Shown: one piece after another, positions 1 through 11,435 of the stretch
Numbering within the stretch: position 1 is the first letter of the stretch
Layout of the letters: each line of letters begins with the position of its first letter
From: a bacterium
Lineage (GTDB): Bacteria; Hinthialibacterota; Hinthialibacteria; Hinthialibacterales; Hinthialibacteraceae
Assembly (NCBI GenBank): GCA_963663405.2
Contig: CAXXSM010000129.1
Span: 1 to 51,853 of the forward strand
Length of the DNA stretch: 51,853 nt
Reading direction: 5' to 3'
The notes under the pieces: generated by a model
Database searches by the model: none
What the model was told of the DNA's origin: nothing
The model's input: the letters and a program-made list of their open reading frames with translations, nothing else
Translations under genes and position numbers: made by a program

Positions 1-1785
1 TATGCGGAGTATGACACGGCTGGCGTGGAATCGTTCGGAACGGATAGCAAAGTCATACTCGGTTTGCGGCATCTCGACGCCAATCCAAATAATCGCTTTT
101 TTACTGGTCAAATCGATGACGCCAGGATTTATGATGAAGCGCTTAACGAAGAGACGATCGCCGCATTAAAACCAAACGCGCAATCAGATCCCAAGCCTCT
201 GGCATGGTGGCATTTTGAGGATGGAACTCTCTTTGATTCGATGAAAACCTATTCATCGAGTATGCTCTTTGGTAAAGCAAGCGTGAAGGATGGGAAACTC
301 ATACTTGAAGAGGGAGGCGCGTATATGATGGCTTCGAATTCCGCGGAGCCACTCGAAAATGCAGCGATCGCGCAAAGAACGTCCGCTGATAGTTCCCGCG
401 CCTTTCGTGAGAAACTCCTCCACGATCCTCACCGGCCTGGCTATCACTTTGTAATTCCGGAAGGCGTTTGTATGCCTTTCGATCCGAATGGCGCTATATT
501 CTGGAAGGGCCGGTATCACCTTTTCTATATTTTCCAGGACGATCGTAATGGCCAACAGGATCATCATTGGGGGCATGTATCCAGCACAGATCTGTTCCAC
601 TGGCGTTTTCATGAGACCAACTTGATTGGTGGGATGTTCAGCGGAAACTGTTTTCTCAATAAAGACGGCGTTCCTACGATGTGTTATCACCAGGTGGGTC
701 AAGGGAATGCGTTAGCGGTTGCGCTTGATGATGATTTGAATCAATGGAAAAAACTCGACTCAAATCCGATTACTCCGAAGACAATCGAGGGGGATCCACA
801 TCATGGCAAATACCGGTCGTGGGATCCCTATGGCTGGGTTGAGGATGATTCCTATTATGCGATCTTTGGCGGGAACCGCCCCGCCGTTGTGAAGAGTCTC
901 AGTATGGCAGGGGAATGGAAATACGTTGGCGATTTGATGGCCAATCCCGTTGATGGCGTTTCGATCGATGAGGATGTGTCCTGCGCGGACTTTTTCAAAA
1001 TCGGCAATCGGCGTATGCTTCTTTGCATCAGTCATAAACTCGGATGCCGCTACTATCTTGGCCGTTGGGAGAATGAACAGTTCCATCCAGAATTTCATGA
1101 GAAAATGAGTTGGGTGGATAATTCATTCTTCGCACCGGAGAGTCTGCTTGACGATCGAGGGCGCCGAATCATGTGGGCGTGGATATTTGATACGCCCGGA
1201 TTTGGGGTACGCAAGGATTTCGGCTGGTCGGGCACAATGAGTCTGCCACGTGTATTGTCACTCGCGGAAGATGGCTCTCTCCGCATGGATGTCCCCAAAG
1301 AAATCGAACTCCTCCGGTATAATCCAAAGCGGATAAACAATCTGGTCGTGGATGCAAATTCAGAATTGCGTCTCAATGAAATTCATGGCAATAGTCTAGA
1401 ACTTACCATTCAATTTGAACGGACTGAAGCAAAACAGTATGGTCTCAAGGTCTACGTGGCGCCGGATCGTGAAGAGGAGACGTTAGTTTATTATGACGCA
1501 ACTGACAATAAACTGAAAATTGATACCAACAAATCAGGATTAACGAATAGTCCAAAAGGGATCGAAGCGGGTCCATTCGAATTAAAAGAAAACGAATCTC
1601 TCACACTGCGTGTTTTTATTGATAAATCGGTTGTCGAAGTCTTCGCCAATAGCCGGCAAGCAGTTATGAGGCGGATTTATCCAACACGTAAAGACAGTGT
1701 AGGCGTGACTCTATTCTCGAATGGCGCGCCTGCTCATGTCAAATCAGTCAAGGCGTGGGAAATCATGCCTTCAAATCCATTTTGA
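1..1785 (+). CDS. GH32-family glycoside hydrolase with N-terminal LamG-like domain(s); 5' end lies outside the window
   Basis: Frame 1 is open from base 1. LamG tail 'FFTGQIDDARIYDEAL'; GH32 motifs 'RPGYHF', 'FDPNG', 'YHLFY', 'HWGHVSSTDLFHW', 'FSG', 'GWSGTMSLPRVL'; C-terminal beta-sandwich 'LRVFIDKSVVEVFAN'. Confidence 0.9.
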   Translation, partial: YAEYDTAGVESFGTDSKVILGLRHLDANPNNRFFTGQIDDARIYDEALNEETIAALKPNAQSDPKPLAWWHFEDGTLFDSMKTYSSSMLFGKASVKDGKLILEEGGAYMMASNSAEPLENAAIAQRTSADSSRAFREKLLHDPHRPGYHFVIPEGVCMPFDPNGAIFWKGRYHLFYIFQDDRNGQQDHHWGHVSSTDLFHWRFHETNLIGGMFSGNCFLNKDGVPTMCYHQVGQGNALAVALDDDLNQWKKLDSNPITPKTIEGDPHHGKYRSWDPYGWVEDDSYYAIFGGNRPAVVKSLSMAGEWKYVGDLMANPVDGVSIDEDVSCADFFKIGNRRMLLCISHKLGCRYYLGRWENEQFHPEFHEKMSWVDNSFFAPESLLDDRGRRIMWAWIFDTPGFGVRKDFGWSGTMSLPRVLSLAEDGSLRMDVPKEIELLRYNPKRINNLVVDANSELRLNEIHGNSLELTIQFERTEAKQYGLKVYVAPDREEETLVYYDATDNKLKIDTNKSGLTNSPKGIEAGPFELKENESLTLRVFIDKSVVEVFANSRQAVMRRIYPTRKDSVGVTLFSNGAPAHVKSVKAWEIMPSNPF

Positions 1786-2278
1786 TGAGCTGCCACTCTT
1801 GTTCAATATATTTTTTCAGTTTCATAGTAACAAATACAATGGCTTTTCTTCTTCCAAAGCGGTATAGAATCTGTTTAATCGTATCGTGAATTATCGATCA
1901 ATCAGAGAAAGTTGTATTTACAGGACATGAATTTCAAGATTTGATTAATAAATTTAATAAAAACATCAAACTGCCTTTCATCAAATCTGAAAAAACTGCA
2001 AATAACACTCTTTCAATCGCTATTATGTGGCCTGATTCAAGCATAACAATAGATGTGATCACTGATATTAATGAATATTGTTAACGATATACACGTAATC
2101 CATACAGCCATTCCGTTAATTCTCAAGACGTCTAAACTGTATTCTCGCTGGGCGGGTTAAACAATCCAAAGAATACGAAACTTCTTTGACTGAAATAAAG
2201 GATCGCGAAGTTGAGATTCTTTTTTTACAGTGACAGTTCACCGAAGAAGATTATCTTTTCCAGTGTTCAAATTTCGAG

Positions 2279-4897
2279 TCAATGAGCAGTCATCATTTCA
2301 ATTAGATCGTTATGATCTACCCGTTGATCAAAATTGAAATCATAGTGGGAGTTGGTTGTATAAAATGATTGCCCAAAAAGGAAATAATCCAACCAGTTGA
2401 TCACTCCATCTTGATTGAAATCTCCACGGCGTATATTCAGCAAAGGTTCTTTTTCGAGAGTGAACCATTGATTAACCGCATCGTGTTCATCGCGCACTAT
2501 TAATTGTACAAATACTTGATCCACCGTGAACGCTGAGACCGGCCATTGCAGCAATCCATTTTCATTGATGCTCATCCCTTCCGGACCCGCGATCAATTCA
2601 AATTGAAAGGGATCATCATCTGGATCAAAGGCAATGACTTGATATTCGTACAGGACGTTTTCTCGGAAAAATCTATTAGGATTTGAGAGGATTTGAGGAG
2701 GATTATTACCGGACGAAGGCAAACGGACAAAAAGAGAATAAGATTGCGTTTCTCTTTGCATTCCTTGATTTTGAACTTGCAGTGTAATGGAATGCGTACC
2801 GGTTTGATTCTTACTTGGTTTCCATGTGATTTGCCCTGTATTCCTATCGATTTTCATTCCGGATGGTTTATCGAGTAATGACCAAATCAGCTCGGACGTA
2901 TCAATAGTATCGGAGATTGGTAAATAACGATACTCTTGACCGGCGATCACAACATCAGCAGGATGCGAAATAATTCGAAGAGCATTGGAATCACCACTCT
3001 CTTTCAACATGGTCCATTGAGGTGAAGAAGGAAGGCTTTCTCGACCAGTTTGATCATAGGAAACCACCACCATTCGGTACGCGATTCCAGGTTTTATTTC
3101 TGTCATAGTGAAATGGATTTCATTCCCCACAGCAGTGGATTTGGGAAAATGCGAAGAATCCTCGCTTGTTGAATAATAAATTCGGTACCCTCCATGAGTT
3201 GGATTGGATACAGGCTCCCATTGAGTAACCACTGTACCATTCTGAATATAAGCTTGAAAATGCTGTGGCGTGGGAGGCAGGCTGGTTGGCTCCAGCATGA
3301 TCGGCTTGGAACAATAGTAAAATTGGCTTGCATTCTTCCCATCTCGAATTCGCGCATAGATAAAATAAATTCCTGCGGCGACATGAGAATCTATGCTCCA
3401 CTGATATTTCCCGAGACCATCTTTTTCTAAAAGGCCTTGCACGATGGGAAGACCGTCAACACCTTCAGAATCAATATCATAAAAGAGATCTACGATTGCA
3501 TCATCGTCTTCATCAAACGCTTCCCATTCAATATCAACCGTTTGCTCCTGCTCCGGATCAATGAGCGCATCGAGACGACTGATTCGAGGAGGACGATTCG
3601 GAATTAGTAAATTGACCTCATGATCGCCTATCCGCTCCGGATTCTCGATTTGAATTTCGTAAATTCCAGGTTTCGGTTGTTTCATCGCATACAACGCTCT
3701 TTTAGCCGATGTATTGCGCACATAGTGTCGAGTGGCCGCCGGATCGATCCCAATCGCAGGAGTCAACACACTTCCGTCAGGCGTTCGGACATCGAAGTGA
3801 GTATTACTTTCATTCCATGTCAATTGGATCACGGCCCAATCGACAGGTTCATGAATCACAACTTGATACGCAGAGGGAGATAGGGCTTGTACTCGAGCGA
3901 TTTTACCTGATAAAGTCGAGGGCGTGATCGAACTTAAATTATCTCCAAAATGAATAGAACCAGTATTTTCAATATAAACCGCCGCCGTATAACCAAAAAC
4001 GGAGAGTTCGGTTCCTGCTCCCTCATTTTGAAAGAACAGCGAACAGTCAATCTTGTTCGAGCCCAATAAATCAAATAGAAATCCAATAAAAGGAACATTA
4101 TTTCCGACTTGTAGAGATCCTCGAGCTTCTCCACTCAAGATACCGTCCATCGAGACAGTAAATCCTGGATTCTCGATGGAAAATTCGTCTTCGGCATCCG
4201 ATACATGGCCAAATTCTCCATCAAATGAAAGGATGATTAGATTAAGGTGAATTTCCGCCGCCGCCCGAAACGCCATATCCTTTAAATCAATCTCCGCCGC
4301 TGCTTTGGCCAATGGAAATCCTGAGTAGTTATAGGTGAGAAGATCGGGAATTTCGATTGTTATGTCTTCTTTGGGGACCATTAAATTCAATGCGCCTCCC
4401 AGCCGTACTTTCCCCCCGAGATCGACAACCAACAACAAAGGATCGGCCGATATCAAATACAGTTCATTATCAGGAGAAATCGGAATAACCGCCCCTCCGG
4501 CGATACCGATACCAGCTTTAATAATAAGTTCTGAAGGAGTCGTTAAATTTTCCAATCCTCCCAAAATACGAATGAGATAAAATGGGGTATTTCCGATCGG
4601 AATTTTGATCCCACTGAGTTCAAACTCTACAGTATCCAATTTCTGCTCGATCAATTCGGCGGACGCGGTAAGATCGAAAGTGGGAACGGCAAGTGTCCCA
4701 CTTCCCCGTAAAGCATCCTCGATCGTATCAAAAGAAAATTCGATGTCTTTCAGCGACCAACCGCTTGCGCCAAGTTCCAACTTTTCAAGAGTAAAATCCG
4801 CCGCCACATCCAATCCGTTCAGCCGCGTGATTTGTATCGTATTAATCTGGAATTTCAATCCACCTAAAACAGGTGGAAACGTCAGTGTTCCATCCAC
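2279..4897 (-). CDS. C-terminal part of a large secreted/surface protein (FN3, two putative Ig/He_PIG-like domains, dockerin-like tail)
   Basis: FN3 '[16 protein letters not shown]...[15 protein letters not shown]'; Ig-like '[17 protein letters not shown]' and '[15 protein letters not shown]'; dockerin/EF-hand-like end '[14 protein letters not shown]...[13 protein letters not shown]'. No signal peptide; it joins the upstream ORF if one G of the run at 4897-4900 is removed. Confidence 0.8.
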   Translation of the reverse strand: MDGTLTFPPVLGGLKFQINTIQITRLNGLDVAADFTLEKLELGASGWSLKDIEFSFDTIEDALRGSGTLAVPTFDLTASAELIEQKLDTVEFELSGIKIPIGNTPFYLIRILGGLENLTTPSELIIKAGIGIAGGAVIPISPDNELYLISADPLLLVVDLGGKVRLGGALNLMVPKEDITIEIPDLLTYNYSGFPLAKAAAEIDLKDMAFRAAAEIHLNLIILSFDGEFGHVSDAEDEFSIENPGFTVSMDGILSGEARGSLQVGNNVPFIGFLFDLLGSNKIDCSLFFQNEGAGTELSVFGYTAAVYIENTGSIHFGDNLSSITPSTLSGKIARVQALSPSAYQVVIHEPVDWAVIQLTWNESNTHFDVRTPDGSVLTPAIGIDPAATRHYVRNTSAKRALYAMKQPKPGIYEIQIENPERIGDHEVNLLIPNRPPRISRLDALIDPEQEQTVDIEWEAFDEDDDAIVDLFYDIDSEGVDGLPIVQGLLEKDGLGKYQWSIDSHVAAGIYFIYARIRDGKNASQFYYCSKPIMLEPTSLPPTPQHFQAYIQNGTVVTQWEPVSNPTHGGYRIYYSTSEDSSHFPKSTAVGNEIHFTMTEIKPGIAYRMVVVSYDQTGRESLPSSPQWTMLKESGDSNALRIISHPADVVIAGQEYRYLPISDTIDTSELIWSLLDKPSGMKIDRNTGQITWKPSKNQTGTHSITLQVQNQGMQRETQSYSLFVRLPSSGNNPPQILSNPNRFFRENVLYEYQVIAFDPDDDPFQFELIAGPEGMSINENGLLQWPVSAFTVDQVFVQLIVRDEHDAVNQWFTLEKEPLLNIRRGDFNQDGVINWLDYFLFGQSFYTTNSHYDFNFDQRVDHNDLIEMMTAH

Positions 4898-7403
4898 CCC
4901 GGATTCCAGAATCGTTTCCCATGATTAATGAAATTTGATTGATGTCGACCGGCAATCCTGCAATCTCCAAATGGCTGGTAATTCCTTCTAACGAAAAATT
5001 CATGGCCAGCTGACCAGCGTCGAGTTGAAAGAATCCGGAAATTACAGGAATTGAGATTTCTCGATATAGGACCGATAAATCGTTAGGTTCAATCGGTTCG
5101 ATTGTCAGCGTTTCAGGATTCAACACGATATCGTTCGCGCATCGAAGAGCTTGATTAATGGTCACATTGCCCGAGGCGAGAACACAGCCGTTAGACAAAT
5201 TTGAAAATGTATCCGCTTCAATGAGCAATTTTCCGAATATACGTTGATGATCCAGGTTTTGATACGCCTGTCCATCGGGAATACCATCACCGTCACTATC
5301 CGTTTCGAGCGGATTTAATCCGAGAGCGATTTCAAGTCCATCGTCGAGTCCGTCTCCATCCGTGTCACTCGACGCTGGATCGGTCTTGTGGTCATACACC
5401 TCTTCTCCATCTAACAAACCATCGTGGTCTGAATCGCCTTGATTGGGATTCGTTCCCAACGCCAATTCCATTGCATAAATGATTCCATCCCCGTCTTGGT
5501 CATCAAGACTAAATGTTCCTTCGGCAAGTATCTCCAGGTCTTGGTAAAAACTTGGCGTCGCGCCATTGTCGACATAAAGACGTACTCGATATGTTCCGGC
5601 TACATCAGGGACGAAAAAACAGATAGGGGATATGTCATGAATCAACGACGCCCGGCTACTCGATGGACGATCCATCAACAGCCAATGATACTCAATTGCA
5701 AGTCCGTCCGGGTCATGACTAGCCGAACCATCCATCTGGACAAGATCACCCGTGTTTACGATTTCGGGAGCCTGAAAGGAAGCGATCGGCTGTGTTATCT
5801 CCGTATATTGGCGCGTCAGAAAAGGCTCGTAAAGAATATCTCCTTGGATTCGGTCCCCATAAATAGAATCTGCGTCGACAGTGGGTCCTGACGCGTGTCC
5901 CCAATAATTATTGATTGCGTCCAACTCAAATTGCGAAGAGGATTCCGACACAGCGTACGAGTTGCCAAAGAAATCATTTTGATGAACAATAGCAGTTAAA
6001 TTTGGATAGCGCGTTATATTGATATTAAGATAGACGCCAACATAATTGTAAGCGAATAAATTATTTTGTATTGTTGATGAAGCCTTATCTTCGATCCAAA
6101 TCGCACGATTTTGATTTCCGAGAAAAGTAGAGTGAGTAATCGACGTTTCCCCCGATTGCAAGTGGATTCCATCGGTTTGATTACGAAAATTAAGATTGGA
6201 ACCTTGCACGTCCGATATTCCAGATATTTGAATCCCTGTCTTTCCACCTTCAAACGAGCAATGGTTTATACTAGCTTGGATATCGTAAAGCGTCATTCCC
6301 TCCCCACTCGACGCCAGTTCGAACGAGCAGCCGGACATAGTAAATGGCGTATTGTATGCATGAACACAGGTACCTTCCTGCTGATAAAAAGAACTTGCTG
6401 AAATCGTTGTTATTCCTTTTCCCCCCACATTCAGCGCTTCTTTAACGCAATGACTCCAATGACAATCCTGAATTGACAATTGCGAAAAAGACGACACTCT
6501 CAAACCAAAATCACAGTTCCACCATTGGCATGACTCAAAGATAAGCGATGACGTATTGGTAACCGACGTCGTGACTCCCTCTCGCCGATATTGAAAAATT
6601 ACATGACGGAATCGGGACTCTTCGTTTTGGTGATGATCGAGATAGATTTTACCTTCGCTTATTGCTGGTTTTCCCTGCGGGGGGCCATTATTTTCCGTAT
6701 CTCCACCGAATTCGTCATCGTCAATCGAAGAAAAGATGATTGGACTGGATAAAGAACCTTCACAGGCGATCGATCCTTGCACGAGGATATTCCCGGAATC
6801 GGGAAATTCTTTGAAGATTACACCTGGCATGACACGTAAATGAATATTTTCGTGAATGGTCCATCCCATGGGGATATAGGGATAATCAACGGAATCAATT
6901 CTTGCCGGCTCGAGAAGAAATTCCACGTTTGTGGCGCTTGAATAGTCGTAAATTCCTCCCCGCAATCCGATTCCTTGAACGCCGTTGGCGGTGATTTCGT
7001 TATGAGAGGGAAACCTTACGGCGCTCCATTCTTCCAATGTGATAGGAAATTGCAGATTATTCGCGAAGCGGCACTCGTCGCATTCGATTTCGCTGTTGAT
7101 CGCCAATAAGCCATTCATGGAATTTTCAAACACAACATCAGTCATAGTACAAGATCGCGCATTTTGAACGATTAGAACGTAATCTTTTTTCACGCCATAG
7201 TTTTTGCCTCCATATTTAAAGATCACGTGCGCGATAGAAATTTCATCCTGATTGCCATCGATCAAAATTCTTCCCCAATCTCCTGGTTTTGGTGAAGACG
7301 CATCCTCGTCATGATTGGTATCGCCTATGATCTGATCGTCGCAAAGCGATGTGAAAATAACCGGATCTGATTCATTAGATAGAAAAAACAAGTTTTCCTT
7401 CAA
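4842..7403 (-). CDS. Middle part of the same surface protein (right-handed beta-helix, PKD domain, thrombospondin type-3-like Ca-binding repeats)
   Basis: Beta-helix repeats; '[14 protein letters not shown]'; PKD '[11 protein letters not shown]...YHW'; repeats '[12 protein letters not shown]', '[12 protein letters not shown]', '[10 protein letters not shown]'. Confidence 0.8.
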   Translation of the reverse strand: MKENLFFLSNESDPVIFTSLCDDQIIGDTNHDEDASSPKPGDWGRILIDGNQDEISIAHVIFKYGGKNYGVKKDYVLIVQNARSCTMTDVVFENSMNGLLAINSEIECDECRFANNLQFPITLEEWSAVRFPSHNEITANGVQGIGLRGGIYDYSSATNVEFLLEPARIDSVDYPYIPMGWTIHENIHLRVMPGVIFKEFPDSGNILVQGSIACEGSLSSPIIFSSIDDDEFGGDTENNGPPQGKPAISEGKIYLDHHQNEESRFRHVIFQYRREGVTTSVTNTSSLIFESCQWWNCDFGLRVSSFSQLSIQDCHWSHCVKEALNVGGKGITTISASSFYQQEGTCVHAYNTPFTMSGCSFELASSGEGMTLYDIQASINHCSFEGGKTGIQISGISDVQGSNLNFRNQTDGIHLQSGETSITHSTFLGNQNRAIWIEDKASSTIQNNLFAYNYVGVYLNINITRYPNLTAIVHQNDFFGNSYAVSESSSQFELDAINNYWGHASGPTVDADSIYGDRIQGDILYEPFLTRQYTEITQPIASFQAPEIVNTGDLVQMDGSASHDPDGLAIEYHWLLMDRPSSSRASLIHDISPICFFVPDVAGTYRVRLYVDNGATPSFYQDLEILAEGTFSLDDQDGDGIIYAMELALGTNPNQGDSDHDGLLDGEEVYDHKTDPASSDTDGDGLDDGLEIALGLNPLETDSDGDGIPDGQAYQNLDHQRIFGKLLIEADTFSNLSNGCVLASGNVTINQALRCANDIVLNPETLTIEPIEPNDLSVLYREISIPVISGFFQLDAGQLAMNFSLEGITSHLEIAGLPVDINQISLIMGNDSGIRGGWNTDVSTCFRWIEIPD

Positions 7404-7453
7404 CGACGATCAACATACTTTTAGCATTGGCCGTGACCGGCAAGTCTCCTAAC

Positions 7454-8323
7454 TTAAAAACCATTCCGGATGGAATTGTCAGTTCGTGTCCTTCCGTAAT
7501 AGAAAAATCGAAGGGAGTATATGGAAGGAGTAAATCGTCGGCATACACTTTTGAAAGTCGTCCGTAGAAAAAACGGAACTCCCGTTAATCCGATACTTCG
7601 AAGACCATTATCGACAAGCTCATTATCGCCAATATGAGGAAAAGGAAATGGATTTTCGATAAGAAATGGAAATTGAGCCTGTTCCGCTATTCTGTTGTTT
7701 TTGATGATAATCTCACCATTGACAGGTCCTAAAACATGAATTCCATCGCGTGACCGTTCGAGGTCATTGAATTGGATATCAGCAGTCGTGGATACAACCA
7801 TCGAAGCTCCTTGACTTTGAGTGATGACGCAATCCTGGACTGTAAATAACCCTTCTTTCAACCATAGCGCTCCCGATGACGAATAACCGCCGTAATGGAT
7901 TTTGAGATGGTGAAGATAAATCTCATTTTCCGCGGCCGCTAGATACACGCCTCCCCAGCTGCCCGGATAAGGCGCTTCGCTGAATGGTAATGAGTCAGTA
8001 TACCATTCAGTATCAAGGTTTGACGTCATTATAACCGGTTCATTTTCGGTCCCGTCACATTTCAAATTCCCATACACATGAAGCGCGCTTTGAGTTGCAA
8101 ATCGAATGATGGTGCCCGCTTCCAAAATCAAGGTTTTATTGCTTGAAACCGTAATTCTTCCTTCGACCAAATACGGACTCCCCTCTTTCGTCCATGTTCC
8201 TTCCACCCACCCACCGGGGACAGTGGTTGCTGCCAGGCTTGTTGCGGTGAAACATAGAGAACATGCGAAGACAAACCATTTCCAGTAATATCGATTCAGG
8301 AATTTTATTTTTTTGTGATTCAT
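7454..8323 (-). CDS. N-terminal part of the same surface protein (signal peptide, beta-helix)
   Basis: Likely start ATG at 8323 (MNHKKIKF...FACSLCFTATSLAA, signal-peptide-like); 'GTWTKEGSPYLVEG', 'PVIMTS', 'PGSWGG'. The frame turns to nonsense after the T6 run at 7568-7573. Confidence 0.75.
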   Translation of the reverse strand: MNHKKIKFLNRYYWKWFVFACSLCFTATSLAATTVPGGWVEGTWTKEGSPYLVEGRITVSSNKTLILEAGTIIRFATQSALHVYGNLKCDGTENEPVIMTSNLDTEWYTDSLPFSEAPYPGSWGGVYLAAAENEIYLHHLKIHYGGYSSSGALWLKEGLFTVQDCVITQSQGASMVVSTTADIQFNDLERSRDGIHVLGPVNGEIIIKNNRIAEQAQFPFLIENPFPFPHIGDNELVDNGLRSIGLTGVPFFLRTTFKSVCRRFTPSIYSLRFFYYGRTRTDNSIRNGF

Positions 8324-8589
8324 ATAATTTGAGGAGAAAATAGAAAAATGAATAGATTTCACAATTTTACCTTTCAACAGTGATAGACACCAAATGCGTC
8401 TGCCAACCACTACGAAAAAAAGCGCCAGAAAGGGAGGAACACTCATAAAGAAAGTAATCGAACTCGAAGGAAAAATCAAGAAAAAAGAACTTTGGCAACC
8501 CGTGATGAATACCGGAGAGATAGCCTTTAATATATACCAGTTATTCTATGAAGAAAACAACTTGAGGGAGAGCGATCATTGCGCAGAAA

Positions 8590-9100
8590 AATGGAAACCG
8601 GTGAAACAACAGAAATTGTAGGTCACCTGGGAGGAACTGCTAAAATACTCAGACCATCCCTTTTACCAGTGTATGAATACGTTGTTAGCGGCACATAATT
8701 TTGATTCGTTCTGTCAAAAGGAAAGTAAGCCTTTCTACGTGGAAAACTCGATCATCCCAGTTCTCTCCCCGGGATCTATTCCCGCTTGCCAATCGGGGAT
8801 AATATGAAGGGCTTGATTACGAATGAAATATTGCTGGGCGTTATCAAGAATCATTATCATTACGAACCTTCGAATACGACTTGGTGGAATCGCATCCGAA
8901 TTATTCGACTATATCCCATACTCGGCGCTTGACCACAGTGGAGACTCACGTCGAAATTATCAAAAAACTACCCATTTTGACAAAGGAAGGCGTTTCGAAA
9001 AAAGGGAAACACTAGGGATTGACGCAACAACTCTGGTAGCCGACACAGCGATGAAATCCATCATCCAGTGAGAGACAAGTGAAACGCACAACCTGGAAAA
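8590..9100 (+). pseudogene. Degraded IS1182/IS5-like (DUF772-type) transposase, N-terminal half
   Basis: Translated fragments 'QQKL*VTWEELLKYSDHPFYQCMNTLLAAHNFDSFC...PFY', 'EGLDYE*NIAGRYQESLSLR' and 'TLGIDATTLVADTAMKSII' match the family pattern HPFY...FD..., EGLDSER.IAWR..DSLSLR, GIDATTLEANAAMRSI. Stops and frameshifts are present; boundaries approximate. Confidence 0.75.
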
Positions 9101-9592
9101 CTGTAAAAATCTTTTTCGATCTATCTTTCGTGGTCCGATCCAAGCCTGCCCCCCATATTCGGTACCAATTTAGTATTGTGAATTGCGATAGAAACAATAT
9201 CCCTACAATCGCAAAATGCGATTGTATCACTTCACGCAATTTTCCTTCTGCATTTGTATCCTCTATTAATTCAATTGGTTATAAAATTTTTCCTCTATCT
9301 CGGTTTTGGCATAATTTTTGATTTAACAAGGATAGTGATTGCGGTTTGGAATCAAAGAATATTTCCTTTTTTTGACACTGCTACAAAATTACCGTTAGTG
9401 ATGCCAAAGAATAGTAGATCGTACAATTTTAACAAATTGTTCAACAGATTTTGGCTGCGCATGACATTAATATGATTAAAAAAAAAATGAGGCGCCAGCA
9501 TGAGGATGCAATTCTCTTGAGGATGAAACAGGTCAGTCTTCTTTTAGCCATTTGAAGAAGATTGATATTTCTTCATCATAGGAAAGAAAAAT

Positions 9593-10129
9593 ATGCATGG
9601 TTCATTTACGTTGATAGAATTGTTAATCGTCGTAGCCATTATCGGTATTTTGGCCGCTATTGCGGTTCCCAACTTTTTACAAGCTCAGATTCGAGCAAAA
9701 GTCGCTCGAGTAGAGGCGGAACTACGAACGTGTTCTTCCGCCGTAGAGGCTTATCGTTTGGATCACGGCTATTATCCGATATACAACAATCCCAAAGATA
9801 TTAATCCTGCTCCGCATTTTCTTCCCCTGTCTCTTACAACGCCTGTGGTTTATTTGTCTTCGCTCTTCCCTGAGATATTCCCAGCGCGAAATGCCCCAGA
9901 GGGAATTCCACAGGAGCATGAGTTTCACTATTTCAATCGCCGTCAAAGTCCTGAAATTGTTGCAAGTCGAGAAGAAGCCTATTATCAAAAATCTCCAGGC
10001 GGAGGAACTCACTATGAATGGTTTTCATTCAGTCATGGACCTGATACTTGGGGAGATGGAGGATTGATTCCCTATGCCGCATCCAATGGACTGATCAGTG
10101 CTGGAGATATCGCACGATTCGGTCCTTAA
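9593..10129 (+). CDS. Prepilin-type N-terminal cleavage/methylation domain protein (GspG-like pseudopilin)
   Basis: 'SFTLIELLIVVAIIGILAAIAVPNFLQAQIRAKVAR'; C-terminal 'SHGPD...Y..SNGLISAGDI'. Confidence 0.9.
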   Translation: MHGSFTLIELLIVVAIIGILAAIAVPNFLQAQIRAKVARVEAELRTCSSAVEAYRLDHGYYPIYNNPKDINPAPHFLPLSLTTPVVYLSSLFPEIFPARNAPEGIPQEHEFHYFNRRQSPEIVASREEAYYQKSPGGGTHYEWFSFSHGPDTWGDGGLIPYAASNGLISAGDIARFGP

Positions 10130-10345
10130 TTTTCGTCGATTATTGAATCTGTTTTTCATGGAGGAACAAAATGCCAACATATGAATATGAGCGCCAGCAA
10201 TGTGGCTATCGGTTTGTATGTTTTCAACGTATGACGGAAGAGCCTCTGAACACATGTTCTAAATGTTAGAGCGAAATAATCCGCGTAATTGGAATTGTGG
10301 AGGATTCCTGTTCAAAAGTTCCGGTTTTTATAACACGGATTATAA

Positions 10346-10445
10346 ACAATCCTCTACCCGTTGTAACCACAAAGTTCTTTGTTGTGGACGGGAAACGCAA
10401 TGCGTAACCCGTCCTTGTGACGATTAAAAAAGTAGAGAGGATTGT
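10346..10445 (+). promoter_or_regulatory. Candidate structured 5' leader that sequesters the RBS of the radical SAM gene
   Basis: ACAATCCTCT (10346-10355) is the exact reverse complement of AGAGGATTGT (10436-10445), which overlaps the SD. Inner stems: GGACGGG/CCCGTCC (10386-92/10408-14) and CCACAA/TTGTGG. Confidence 0.45.
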
Positions 10446-10450
10446 GAATC

Positions 10451-11410
10451 ATGAATAGTGAAAAAAGACAATATGTTTTCGGTCCCGTCCCTTCCCGGCG
10501 GCTGGGACGTTCTCTAGGAATTGATCTGGTTCCATTCAAAACCTGTTCCTATAATTGCATTTATTGCCAATTGGGGAAAACCACTTGCAAAACAACTACT
10601 CGAAAAGAATGGGTATCACTGGATCATGTGCAGGAAGATCTGCAAAGAAAACTCAATAGCAATCCGGATTATATAACCTTGAGTGGCTCCGGAGAGCCGA
10701 CTCTTTATGCTCGAAACCATGAACTCATCGACCGGATACGGCTAATGACAGATATTCCTATTGCCGTGTTGACAAATGGATCGTTGCTTTGGAAACAAGA
10801 GGTGCGGGATCAGTTGTTGAACGCCGACTTGGTTATTCCATCGTTGGATGCGGGAGATGAAGCTATGTTTCAGATTGTCAATCGCCCTCATCCTCATATC
10901 ACACATGAAAAAATGCTACAAGGTCTGATCGATTTTCAACAGGAATTTCGCGGCCAGTTTTGGCTGGAAATATTTCTATTGGGCGGCCATACCGCCATCG
11001 AATCGGAACTCATAAAATTGAAACAGTGTGTAGAAAAAATCCAGCCGGACCGTCTTCAACTGAATACAGTAACACGACCCCCAGCCGAATACTTCGCCGA
11101 TGGTGTCCCCCTAATACGGCTAAAACAAATCGCCGATTTTTTTAATCCGTCTGCCGAAGTCATCGCCGATTATCGAAAAATTCATCAGCAAGTCGAATTT
11201 GAAGCCAGCCGTGAAGAGATACTCAATATGTTACAACGGCGTCCTTGTTCATTGGAGGATATCGTGAATGGTCTGGGAGTGAATCGAAATGAGATCTTAA
11301 AACATATTGAAGAACTGATCAAAGAGCAAATGATTATTCATTCTTTCCTGAATGGCAAAATCTATTATAAAATACAAAATCAAACGATGTTTACATCGCA
11401 CGCATGCTGA
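10451..11410 (+). CDS. Radical SAM protein (Tyw1-like/MJ0804-type family) with C-terminal wHTH-like region
   Basis: 'YVFGPVPSRRLGRSLGIDL', CxxxCxxC 'CSYNCIYC', 'ITLSGSGEPTL', 'VLTNGSLL', 'PSLDAG', 'QLNTVTRPPAE'. Confidence 0.9.
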   Translation: MNSEKRQYVFGPVPSRRLGRSLGIDLVPFKTCSYNCIYCQLGKTTCKTTTRKEWVSLDHVQEDLQRKLNSNPDYITLSGSGEPTLYARNHELIDRIRLMTDIPIAVLTNGSLLWKQEVRDQLLNADLVIPSLDAGDEAMFQIVNRPHPHITHEKMLQGLIDFQQEFRGQFWLEIFLLGGHTAIESELIKLKQCVEKIQPDRLQLNTVTRPPAEYFADGVPLIRLKQIADFFNPSAEVIADYRKIHQQVEFEASREEILNMLQRRPCSLEDIVNGLGVNRNEILKHIEELIKEQMIIHSFLNGKIYYKIQNQTMFTSHAC

Positions 11411-11435
11411 AATTACTGTTTTGAAGGGAGTAACT

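Noticed and set aside
1786-2278. Long AT-rich gap between convergent genes as a possible ncRNA
   Set aside because: No convincing stems, repeats or ORF seen by eye.
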